From the IMG/VR virus record IMGVR_UViG_3300045988_008799, positions 1-18,084 of that record: a DNA stretch of 18,084 nucleotides. One strand, 5' to 3'. Below, one piece after another: positions 6,037-13,955 of this stretch; the stretch's first letter is position 1; each line of letters begins with the position of its first letter. The translations under genes and the position numbers were made by a program. The stretch comes from a virus. A model generated the notes under the pieces. It worked only from the letters and a program-made list of their open reading frames with translations, was not told where the DNA came from and searched no databases.

Positions 6037-7764
6037 ATGGCCACTACCCCAGTGGTGACGCCCAAGCAGCAGCTTAGGCCGCTCACTGAATTCAACAACG
6101 CCCAGATCCTCAACATGATTCGTAACGAGGCGTCCCCCGAATACCAGAGGCGCATGCCGTCCGCCACCCAGATGAACATGGATAGGCAGATGGCCACGCT
6201 CATGTCGTCCACTCAGTTGAAGAACGAGTTTTACGCGGCGCTGGTCAACCGCATTGGCGGCACCTATGTCAACACGTGGCGTTGGAACAATCCTCTTGGC
6301 GTGTTCCAGCGGGCTTCCCAGGCGTTTGGCGACACGTGGCAGGAAATCGCCGTGGGCATGCCGCTGGCTCAGGTGTACGACCCCGACGCGGAATACTTGG
6401 GCGCGGATAACTTCCGCAAGTGGAAAGTGGACGTGGACAGCCTCTACCACCGTCTGGACTTCGCCCACTGGTATCCGGCCACCACGGATGACAGGACATT
6501 GCAGCGCGCGTTCACCTCCGAAACCGGTTTGGCCTCGCTGACCTCGCAGATTCTCACGTCGTGCTATAACGCCGCCGAAGTGGACTTGTTCGAGGCCATG
6601 TGCCACCAGTTCGTCGAGTACGCGAAACTCGGCGGATATTACCGCGTCCACATGGACAACGACCTTAATGACATGGGGTCCACGGAGACTCAGGCGCGCG
6701 ACATGCTGCGGCAGATTCGCGCGTGGGCCGATACGCTGAAATTCGTGTCCACCCGGTATAATGCGCGTCACATGCCGACGTTCGCACGCCCCGACGAACT
6801 CGTGCTGTTCTGCTCCCCCGAAGTGAAGAGCGCACTGGACGTGCAGGGTCTGGCGACGGTGTTCCAGCGGACGGACGCCGAGCCGACCATCGACCGGATC
6901 ATCGTCATCCCGCAAGACCGATTCGGCATGGACGGCGTGCAGGCCATCCTGACCACCGACAAGTTCCTCATCGACATTCCGGTCATCAATGAGATGACGC
7001 AGCAGACCAACCCGGTCAACATCAACTCGGTCAACCATTACCTGCATGTGCAGCACATCATCAGCGTGAGCGGCTTCGCCCCGGCGGTGATGTTCTGGAC
7101 CGGCGCCGGGTCCACCGCCAAGATGGTGGCACCGACCGGTACGACCGCCAAGACACCGACATTCCAGCTTAAGCTGGCGATGTACGGTGGCGGTTCGGAA
7201 ACCCCGGGCAATGTGGCGCGTGGCGGCGCGGTGCAGGTCACCGCCGACACGACCATCGGCAACGACGGCACGGCCACGTTCCGCTCGGATGCGGTCGAAT
7301 ATCGCATCGGCGATACCGCCAAGCCCAAGAGCGATTACACGTACATCTCCCCGACCGGCGTGCTGGTGGTCGGCCTTGACGAGCCGAACACCACCATCCC
7401 GGTCACGGCGACCGCGCTGTACACCGACCCGGCAACCCCCGAAGTGCCGGGCACCGTGTCCGCCGCGCTGAGCGTGCCGGTGGTCGGTGACGGCGTCATC
7501 GGGTTCAACCCGTCGATTGTCGCGTCGATCGCCGTTGACGTCCCGAAGGTGACCACGGGTCATACGACGCAGGCGACCGCGACGGCCACCATGATCGACG
7601 GGCGCAAGGCCGACGTGACCGCGCAGGCCGCGTGGACTTCCGGCACCCCGACCAACGCCACGGTATCCGAATCGGGCGTAGTGTCCGGTGTCAAGTCCGG
7701 CAACTCCGATATTGCCGCCACGCTGTTCGGCGTGTCCGGCAAGAAGCAGGTGACCGTATCCTAG
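6037..7764 (+). CDS. Major capsid protein (575 aa), phi29 gp8-like, with C-terminal Ig-like (Big_2-type) domains
   Basis: ATG 6037 follows gaaagga. Blocks matching remembered gp8 sequence: ILNMIRN, NEFYAALVNRIG, NNPLGVF, CYNAAEVDLFEAM and ISVSGFAPAVMF. The C-terminal roughly 70 aa (GHTTQATATATMIDGRKADVTAQAAWTSG...ATVSESGVVSGVKSGNSDIAATLFGVSGKKQVTV) is a typical Big_2 pattern. Confidence 0.92.
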   Translation: MATTPVVTPKQQLRPLTEFNNAQILNMIRNEASPEYQRRMPSATQMNMDRQMATLMSSTQLKNEFYAALVNRIGGTYVNTWRWNNPLGVFQRASQAFGDTWQEIAVGMPLAQVYDPDAEYLGADNFRKWKVDVDSLYHRLDFAHWYPATTDDRTLQRAFTSETGLASLTSQILTSCYNAAEVDLFEAMCHQFVEYAKLGGYYRVHMDNDLNDMGSTETQARDMLRQIRAWADTLKFVSTRYNARHMPTFARPDELVLFCSPEVKSALDVQGLATVFQRTDAEPTIDRIIVIPQDRFGMDGVQAILTTDKFLIDIPVINEMTQQTNPVNINSVNHYLHVQHIISVSGFAPAVMFWTGAGSTAKMVAPTGTTAKTPTFQLKLAMYGGGSETPGNVARGGAVQVTADTTIGNDGTATFRSDAVEYRIGDTAKPKSDYTYISPTGVLVVGLDEPNTTIPVTATALYTDPATPEVPGTVSAALSVPVVGDGVIGFNPSIVASIAVDVPKVTTGHTTQATATATMIDGRKADVTAQAAWTSGTPTNATVSESGVVSGVKSGNSDIAATLFGVSGKKQVTVS

Positions 7765-7773
7765 TGGTATGAT

Positions 7774-7801
7774 GGGAGGGTAGCCGGTTGGCTACCCTCT
7801 C
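7774..7801 (+). terminator. Stem-loop 1 downstream of the capsid gene (12-bp stem, GGTT loop)
   Basis: gggagggtagcc pairs with ggctaccctctc (one G-U). It begins 10 nt after the capsid stop codon. Confidence 0.45.
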
Positions 7802-7820
7802 TCACGGTGTGACGCAAGTC

Positions 7821-7859
7821 AAGGCCCGGAGCGCAAACCACGTGAGCGTTCCGGGCCTT
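7821..7859 (+). terminator. Stem-loop 2 downstream of the capsid gene (14-bp stem)
   Basis: aaggcccggagcgc (7821..7834) pairs with gcgttccgggcctt (7846..7859), one G-U, with an 11-nt loop. Confidence 0.45.
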
Positions 7860-7877
7860 GTTCATACCGGAGGCTGG

Positions 7878-10178
7878 ATGATGATTGATGATATCAACCC
7901 GTATGCGGAGGCTAATTTTTCATGGGCGGAATGGACGCCCAACACCACGCTGAAACTCTGCCGTGTCCCGTGGGATGCATCCTATCGGGATGTCGTCCGG
8001 TTTGTTTCACGTGAAACACAACGGGAATGGTTCGATACACTGGATGGCGTGGAATGCCGCCCGGCGACCATGCATATCTTCGGTGCCCCCGTGCGAATCG
8101 ACATGCCATTCAACCAAGCGTCGGACTACAATTATCTTGTGGCCGTCAATGACTATCCCGACTTGGAATCGCCACGCGCATGGTATTACTTCATCGAATC
8201 CGTGGAATACATCAACGCGCATACCACACAGCTCACGCTTATGCTTGACGTATGGCAGAGTTTCCAGCATGACGTGACGTTCGGCAGTTGCTATGTGACG
8301 CGCGGGCATATCGGCGTCGCCAACGAACACCAGTGGGATGATTATGGGCGTACCGCTCTGGCGCTGCCGGAGGGGCTGGATACCGGCGCGGAAACCGTCA
8401 TCGCCTCCCAGTCGTATACGGCACTGATGTCCAGCAAGCCCGCGCAACCCGGTTTCAATTCGCCTACCTTGGATTATGGTGTCATCGTCGTGGCCACGAC
8501 CGACCTTGTGGCGTCGGGCGGCAGCGCTGAAAAACCGTCACTGAAAACCGCGCAAGGCTCGCAATTCGAGAATCAATCCAACGGTGCGGGAATCTATTAT
8601 TTCGATACCGCCGATGATTTGACGCGCATCATGCAGGCGGGCAGTTCGTTCCCGTGGGTCACTCAGGGTATCACGGCGATTTACGCCATTCCCAAAATCA
8701 GCGCCGACTATATCGCCGACGCGGGGCGAGAGGTAACGCAATTTTTCGGTACCGGCACGGCCGGCGTGATCAAGGGACACGCATACACGTTCCTATGGGA
8801 GGCCAAGAGCGATAACCGGTATGATGATATCGTTTCCATCAGGAATTTTCGCGATAATTTCAACATTCCCAGCCGGTATCGCAATCTGAAAAAACTGCAA
8901 TGCTACCCGTATAGCGTCGTGGAATGCTCATGCCTGAATGGGTCGAACGTCATCTATCGGCCCGAGGATATCCAGTCCAATGACCTGACCATCCGTGAAA
9001 CGTGGAATTATGCGCCCCCGTCCCCGCGTTTGAACTTCTACCCGGTGGACTATAATACGGGTGGCGCGGCCACGGTCGATTCCCCGTCCGGGAATGGTAC
9101 CGGGTTGCCGATCGATGGCGGGGAAATGCTGAACGTCAGTTTCGGGATTACGAACTTCCCCCAGTTCATGGTGGTGAACAACGGGGCTTCGCTTGCCATG
9201 GCCAACAGCGCGTCCACTCGCGCTTACGCGGAACAGTCGGCAGGGTGGGCGCAGCAAAAAGCGACCATGAGCGCCGCCAACACACTATCCCAGGCTGGCG
9301 TAGGCATTCGTACCCAGCAGCAGCTTACGCAGCTCGGCGTGACCAACCGGAACGCGTTGAACGCCATCGCAGCCAACTCGCTCAACCAGTCGCTGGCCAT
9401 CGGACAGGCGAACACCAACGCCATGACCGACCTGAACGTGTCCCAGAACAACGCGCAGTCGGCGTGGGGGTTGATATCCAATGCCGGGAATGCGATCATG
9501 AACGCGGACGTGGCCGGACTGATCGGCGGCACGATCAACGGCATAGTCCAGAACGGCATCACCAATACAGGACTGCACGCAAGCCGTGATATCGCCAACG
9601 ACACGGCGGCGGCGAACACCGCCAACAGTGTGGCGACCAATGCGGCGCAAACCTCACAGGCGAACACCTACGCGCAACGCGCCCAACAGATCCAGGGCAC
9701 ATCCAGCGCCCTCATGGCCGGACAGAACTATCGGCTGGCCACGCGCTTTGCCGAGGGCGACTACGAAAACGCGATCGCCGGAATCAACGCGCAAGTGCAG
9801 CAAATGCAGATGACCCCGCCGACCACAAGCGGCGCGGCGGGCGGCGATTCGTTCAACCTTGCCAACGGCATCATGGGCGTGCTGGTTCGTTTCCGTACAT
9901 GCGCCCCCAGCGCGCTGCGCAGCGTCGGGGAGTTCATGTTACGGTTCGGGTATTTCGTCCAGCGGTTCATCACCCCGCCCGCAAGCCTGCAATGTATGGA
10001 AAAGTTCACGTACTGGCAGATGCAGGAATGCTACATCAGGGGCACACTGCCCGAGCAGGCGCGATTGACCATCAAGGGCATGTTCGAGCGTGGCGTGACC
10101 GTATGGGACAAGCCGGAGTATATCGGCATGACCGACTGGGCGGACAACGATCCACTGCCGGGCATCGGCTACGAGTGA
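7878..10178 (+). CDS. Tail knob / distal tube protein (766 aa), phi29 gp9-like
   Basis: ATG 7878/7881 follows ggagg (7869..7873). The N-terminal pattern LCRVPWDASYRDVVRF.S...Q..WF ... NYLVAVND......AWYYFIESVEYIN..TTQLTLMLDVWQSF.HDVTFG.CYVTRGH parallels remembered gp9 sequence (VPFSNDYKNTRWF...WFYAFVTELEFKN...DVLQTWMFD..F.ESFIVREH). Confidence 0.8.
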   Translation: MMIDDINPYAEANFSWAEWTPNTTLKLCRVPWDASYRDVVRFVSRETQREWFDTLDGVECRPATMHIFGAPVRIDMPFNQASDYNYLVAVNDYPDLESPRAWYYFIESVEYINAHTTQLTLMLDVWQSFQHDVTFGSCYVTRGHIGVANEHQWDDYGRTALALPEGLDTGAETVIASQSYTALMSSKPAQPGFNSPTLDYGVIVVATTDLVASGGSAEKPSLKTAQGSQFENQSNGAGIYYFDTADDLTRIMQAGSSFPWVTQGITAIYAIPKISADYIADAGREVTQFFGTGTAGVIKGHAYTFLWEAKSDNRYDDIVSIRNFRDNFNIPSRYRNLKKLQCYPYSVVECSCLNGSNVIYRPEDIQSNDLTIRETWNYAPPSPRLNFYPVDYNTGGAATVDSPSGNGTGLPIDGGEMLNVSFGITNFPQFMVVNNGASLAMANSASTRAYAEQSAGWAQQKATMSAANTLSQAGVGIRTQQQLTQLGVTNRNALNAIAANSLNQSLAIGQANTNAMTDLNVSQNNAQSAWGLISNAGNAIMNADVAGLIGGTINGIVQNGITNTGLHASRDIANDTAAANTANSVATNAAQTSQANTYAQRAQQIQGTSSALMAGQNYRLATRFAEGDYENAIAGINAQVQQMQMTPPTTSGAAGGDSFNLANGIMGVLVRFRTCAPSALRSVGEFMLRFGYFVQRFITPPASLQCMEKFTYWQMQECYIRGTLPEQARLTIKGMFERGVTVWDKPEYIGMTDWADNDPLPGIGYE

Positions 10179-10190
10179 TACAATGGTGAC

Positions 10191-11141
10191 ATGAGTAGGT
10201 CTAAAAGGAATCGGGTTGACGGCGCATTGCATCCGCGCGGCAACTACGCCAAAGCACGCGCCGCCTCCCTTGACATGATGTATTATCATCTGTTGGCGGA
10301 ACTGGCGTTGAACCGTTTCAGTTGGCGCGGATTGCCGCCGACCGTAGACGAGCGATGGCTGGAAATGTGCCTATGCGAATACGGTTGCGCATTGTTTTTC
10401 GAGGACAAGCGCATAGGCCGGTTTTTGGTGACGCAAGCCGGATATCAAGGCCGGTTGAATGTGTACGATAACCCGACGTGTTTCGAGCCGGTGGGCGTCA
10501 ACTACCATTACCGGCAGCTCAAGGCCGGACGTGAATGCATCCCGATTTGGGATAATCGCATGCGCATGTCGTTCAAGGATGTCCTATGGCAGTATGCGCG
10601 ACGGTTGGCTGACATTGATAAAGCGTATGACGTGAATCTGGAGAGCCTGAAGCTTCCGACCATCATCACCGCCGACCCGCGTACCAAACTGACCGTACAG
10701 AACATGCTTCAGCAGCGGCAGGACGGTCAGGATTACATCATCGGATACGACTCACTGGATCCCGGCAGCATGTTCCAACCGTGGCCCAACACCACGCCCT
10801 ACCTCTTGGACAAGTTCATTCAACAGAAGACGCAGGTGACCAACGAGGTGCTGGGATACCTGGGCATCCAGTCCAGCGGTACGGAGAAAAAGGAACGGCT
10901 CATATCCGACGAGGTGGCGCAAGCCAACGAGAAGGTAGACGTGTTCCGCCTGAGTTTCCTTAAGGCGCGGCAGGCGGCGGCAACGGAAATCAACCGGTTG
11001 TGGCCGCAATTGAACATCTGGGTGGAGTACGCGGACGCACAAAGCTCCGGCGTGCCGAACGCGCTCGATTCCAGCGCCAGCGGTACGACGGATATTGACA
11101 TGCCCGCATCATATGACGCGGGTATCGGAGGTGTATTATAA
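10191..11141 (+). CDS. Portal / upper collar connector (316 aa), phi29 gp10-like
   Basis: Size matches gp10 (about 309 aa). Motifs NRFSWRGLPPTVDERWLE (gp10: LFEWENLPPTINPSFLE) and TEKKERLISDEVAQANE (gp10: LEKKERMVTDEVSSNDE). Confidence 0.9.
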   Translation: MSRSKRNRVDGALHPRGNYAKARAASLDMMYYHLLAELALNRFSWRGLPPTVDERWLEMCLCEYGCALFFEDKRIGRFLVTQAGYQGRLNVYDNPTCFEPVGVNYHYRQLKAGRECIPIWDNRMRMSFKDVLWQYARRLADIDKAYDVNLESLKLPTIITADPRTKLTVQNMLQQRQDGQDYIIGYDSLDPGSMFQPWPNTTPYLLDKFIQQKTQVTNEVLGYLGIQSSGTEKKERLISDEVAQANEKVDVFRLSFLKARQAAATEINRLWPQLNIWVEYADAQSSGVPNALDSSASGTTDIDMPASYDAGIGGVL

Positions 11142-11932
11142 TGCAGGATTTTACCGCCTATGCGATGACCACGCCCGGCGAGTACACCGAAACGTTGGGC
11201 AATCTCATTGCGTTCGGATACGATACGGACGATAAACTGCATCTGAGCGCCGACTATTACCCGATTTACGACGAGAGCCATCGCGCGGAGTTGAACGAGA
11301 AGATCATCCGCCATTACGCGTTGCGGGAAATCGGGCAGGAAACCGCGCAGCAGTTCGTTTTTTATCTGGGTATGACGATGGCGGAAATCATGCCCTATTT
11401 CAACGAACGCTACCGCACGCTCGATATGGAATATGATCCGTTGGACTCCATGGACATGACCACGGATAGCGAGAGCGGCAGCGAATCCCAGTCCTCGGGC
11501 AAAGCGTCCAGCACGCAGGATTCGACCAGCTCAAGCACGTCCAAGTCGGACAATAGCAGCACCACCACGTCCAGGAGTTTCGACAGTGACGTGCCGCAAA
11601 CCGGCGTCGTGGGCGACTTCGCCCGCTACGCGAGCCATGCGAACGAATCGCAGGCGGATAGCGGCGGCACCGCGTCCAGTTCACAGGATTCGACCAGCCA
11701 CACCACCGCCCAGAGCGCCACCGACTATCAGCATGATTCAAGCAATTCCAAGGGCAAGAGTCACGTGACCGGGCGCAGCCAGAGCGCTATGAGCCTGATT
11801 CAGGAATACCGTAACGCCATCATCAACGTGGACATGGAGGTCGTGCGCAGTCTCGAACCGTGCTTCATGCAAGTGTGGGGGTCTTATGATACAATTTTCA
11901 GTAACTGCCATAATTTTGGAGAATGGGAGTAA
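11141..11932 (+). CDS. Lower collar protein (263 aa), phi29 gp11-like
   Basis: TAATG overlap with the portal stop, and ggagg lies 9 nt upstream. The position directly after the portal gene fits gp11. Conserved-looking ends (PIYDESHRAELNEKIIRHYALREIGQET..F; EYRNAIINVDMEV) flank a Ser/Thr-rich central segment. Confidence 0.7.
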   Translation: MQDFTAYAMTTPGEYTETLGNLIAFGYDTDDKLHLSADYYPIYDESHRAELNEKIIRHYALREIGQETAQQFVFYLGMTMAEIMPYFNERYRTLDMEYDPLDSMDMTTDSESGSESQSSGKASSTQDSTSSSTSKSDNSSTTTSRSFDSDVPQTGVVGDFARYASHANESQADSGGTASSSQDSTSHTTAQSATDYQHDSSNSKGKSHVTGRSQSAMSLIQEYRNAIINVDMEVVRSLEPCFMQVWGSYDTIFSNCHNFGEWE

Positions 11933-11934
11933 TC

Positions 11935-12570
11935 ATGGTTGCCATTAACGCACTGATCCCACGGCAACGCCTGTTCGACGGGATGCCCACGTCCGTACCG
12001 TTCACCTACCGGGACGGGCTGACTACGCTACAGCTGATCGAATGCCTGAAGCATAATCTTGATATTCTCCAATGCGACCTGAGCAAGCTGGAGGAAACCA
12101 CGACCGACCTCACGGCATCCGTGGACAAGGCTCTGGCGGATACCGTGACGCAGATCAACAAGGACATGGCCGACTTGCGCGCGGAAATGCTCTCCCTGAT
12201 TCACGAAATGGAGCGGCAGGGCGTGGCAACCTCCCCGGTCTACGGCACTGTGCAGCCGCTCGGTCAGGTGCTGGGCGGCATGTACGATAACGCGCGCAAC
12301 CACGGACTGTTCTGGGGCGACTACGATGATATGCAGCTGACCGCTCAGGAATACGACGGCCTTATGCTCAAGGCCCGAGAGTACGACCTGAAGGCGACCG
12401 CAGTGGACAATTGCATGCCCGGTGACTTTCCGGGCCGCTCCCAGTTCCCCTACGGAAAGTCCATGCCCGATAACCCGCCCGCCGACATGTCGTTCATCAC
12501 GCAATCCGAAGCGGATGCACGCTACGTCGAACGCAACCCGACCGCCGACAATTTCGACAAGAGGGGATGA
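11935..12570 (+). CDS. Putative tail/appendage structural protein (211 aa)
   Basis: ATG 11935 follows gggag. The gene lies in the slot of the phi29 appendage genes. It has a coiled-coil-like central segment and an LTAQEYD motif. No specific family was recognised. Confidence 0.4.
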   Translation: MVAINALIPRQRLFDGMPTSVPFTYRDGLTTLQLIECLKHNLDILQCDLSKLEETTTDLTASVDKALADTVTQINKDMADLRAEMLSLIHEMERQGVATSPVYGTVQPLGQVLGGMYDNARNHGLFWGDYDDMQLTAQEYDGLMLKAREYDLKATAVDNCMPGDFPGRSQFPYGKSMPDNPPADMSFITQSEADARYVERNPTADNFDKRG

Positions 12571-12992
12571 CTGCCATGACCGCCACCAACCATACCGAAA
12601 ACTATGATCTGAGCCAGTTTGTCGACACCGACCGCCCCACGTGGCTTGTGGATTACAACGGCGATATGACGAAGATCGACGCCCAGCTTAAGCGGAACGC
12701 GGATGATGTCGCGTCCGCCGCCGGGGGCGGGCTTACGTCGGTGAACCACACCGCGGACCTTACCGGTAACGGCACGTCCGGTTCGCCGCTGGGCGTGGCG
12801 GACACCATCGCCCGCAAGACCGATATCCCGGATACGAGCGGCCTTGCCACTAAGGCCTCTCTCATTTCGGGGCTTGCGGGCAAGGTCGATGAAACCGTCT
12901 CGCAGCCCGGCACGCTCGGATTGACGGCAACCGAGCTTGATTCATTGTACAGGGACGCGAACGGTATCGTTCGCGTCGGCACCAAGGAATAG
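12567..12992 (+). CDS. Putative short tail fibre / appendage protein (141 aa)
   Basis: ATGA overlap with the upstream stop. The N-terminal module NHTENYDLSQFVDTDRPTWLVDYNGDMTKIDAQL is paralogous to the N-terminus of the next gene. Confidence 0.5.
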   Translation: MTAMTATNHTENYDLSQFVDTDRPTWLVDYNGDMTKIDAQLKRNADDVASAAGGGLTSVNHTADLTGNGTSGSPLGVADTIARKTDIPDTSGLATKASLISGLAGKVDETVSQPGTLGLTATELDSLYRDANGIVRVGTKE

Positions 12993-13005
12993 GAAGGAAC
13001 CAGCA

Positions 13006-13899
13006 ATGTCCACCACACAGCATACCGGACACTACAATCTGCCGACGTTCGGGGATAATCCGAACGACCGCCCGTCATGGCGCGGCGACTTCACCGACGC
13101 CATGACCAAGATCGATGATCAGATGTACGCCAACGCCACCAACGTCACCACGGCGACCGCAGCGGCGAACAACGCCAAGGTGGCGGCGGACGCGGCGAAG
13201 GAATCCGCCGACGACGCGGCGGAGCTTGCGCAGACCAACAGGACCGATGTTGCCAAGCTGGATGGCTACTTCGGTAAGCTCGGGGTTACGTCGGCGCAGA
13301 CTGCGCAGAACCTTATGGACGCCATCAACGGCAAAGCGGAGGACACCGACCTTGCCGCACTGCAGAACACGGTGTCTTCGTTGTCCGGCAGGGTTGACGG
13401 CAAGGCCGATTCTTCCAGCGTCTATACCAAGGCGCAGGCTGACACGACGTTTACCAAGCAGGGCGGATATGCGGGCACTGCGCAGACCATTTACAATACG
13501 GCGTCGCAGGCGGCGGCCCAGCTGCAGGACCTCATGACCTCGGGGCAGGCGGCCACCCTTGTCGGTTCCGGCGAGGTCGACCACAAGGGGCTCAGGATTC
13601 AGTGGACTGCCTACTACAGTCATGTTGCCCGACTCGTGACCGTCCGCGTCAACGCCTCCGGTGCGATCACCGGCGGTATCAACGCGGAGGCGGACAAGGT
13701 CGAGCTGGGAACGCTTGACGCGCAATATAGGCCGACGGTTGACTTGCGTACCGTCATCGATGTGGTCAACGAGGGGCCGACGTTCCTGACCGTCAAGGCC
13801 GATACGGGCAAGGTCAGGGTTGACTTCAATATCAATTCTTCCACGTCCCCGTTCTATGTCACCCTTATTGGCCTCGTGCCGTTTTTTGTCGTCGGCTGA
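13006..13899 (+). CDS. Putative tail fibre / receptor-binding protein (297 aa)
   Basis: ATG 13006 follows aggaagga. The N-terminal module QHTGHYNLPTFGDNPNDRPSWRGDFTDAMTKIDDQM is followed by an Ala-rich helical shaft and a distinct C-terminal beta-rich head. Confidence 0.55.
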   Translation: MSTTQHTGHYNLPTFGDNPNDRPSWRGDFTDAMTKIDDQMYANATNVTTATAAANNAKVAADAAKESADDAAELAQTNRTDVAKLDGYFGKLGVTSAQTAQNLMDAINGKAEDTDLAALQNTVSSLSGRVDGKADSSSVYTKAQADTTFTKQGGYAGTAQTIYNTASQAAAQLQDLMTSGQAATLVGSGEVDHKGLRIQWTAYYSHVARLVTVRVNASGAITGGINAEADKVELGTLDAQYRPTVDLRTVIDVVNEGPTFLTVKADTGKVRVDFNINSSTSPFYVTLIGLVPFFVVG

Positions 13900-13916
13900 C
13901 GACGGGTCGATGCACC

Positions 13917-13946
13917 ATACCCCGTCCGGTACGCCGGGCGGGGTAT
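13917..13946 (+). terminator. 13-bp stem-loop after the fibre gene
   Basis: ataccccgtccgg pairs with ccgggcggggtat (one G-U), with loop tacg. There is no T-tract. Confidence 0.4.
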
Positions 13947-13955
13947 ACTGATATC

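Noticed and set aside
5833-7563. 576-aa minus-strand ORF, the longest minus-strand ORF in the window
   Set aside because: It lies antisense to the well-supported capsid gene. The product is Arg/Gly/His/Asp-rich low complexity, typical of GC-rich shadow frames, and there is no RBS or motif.
13075-13725. 216-aa minus-strand ORF, plus the + strand alternative-frame ORF 13115..13537
   Set aside because: Both overlap the fibre gene, whose frame has a clear RBS, a paralogous N-terminal module and fibre-like sequence. The alternatives are Arg/Pro-rich GC artefacts.
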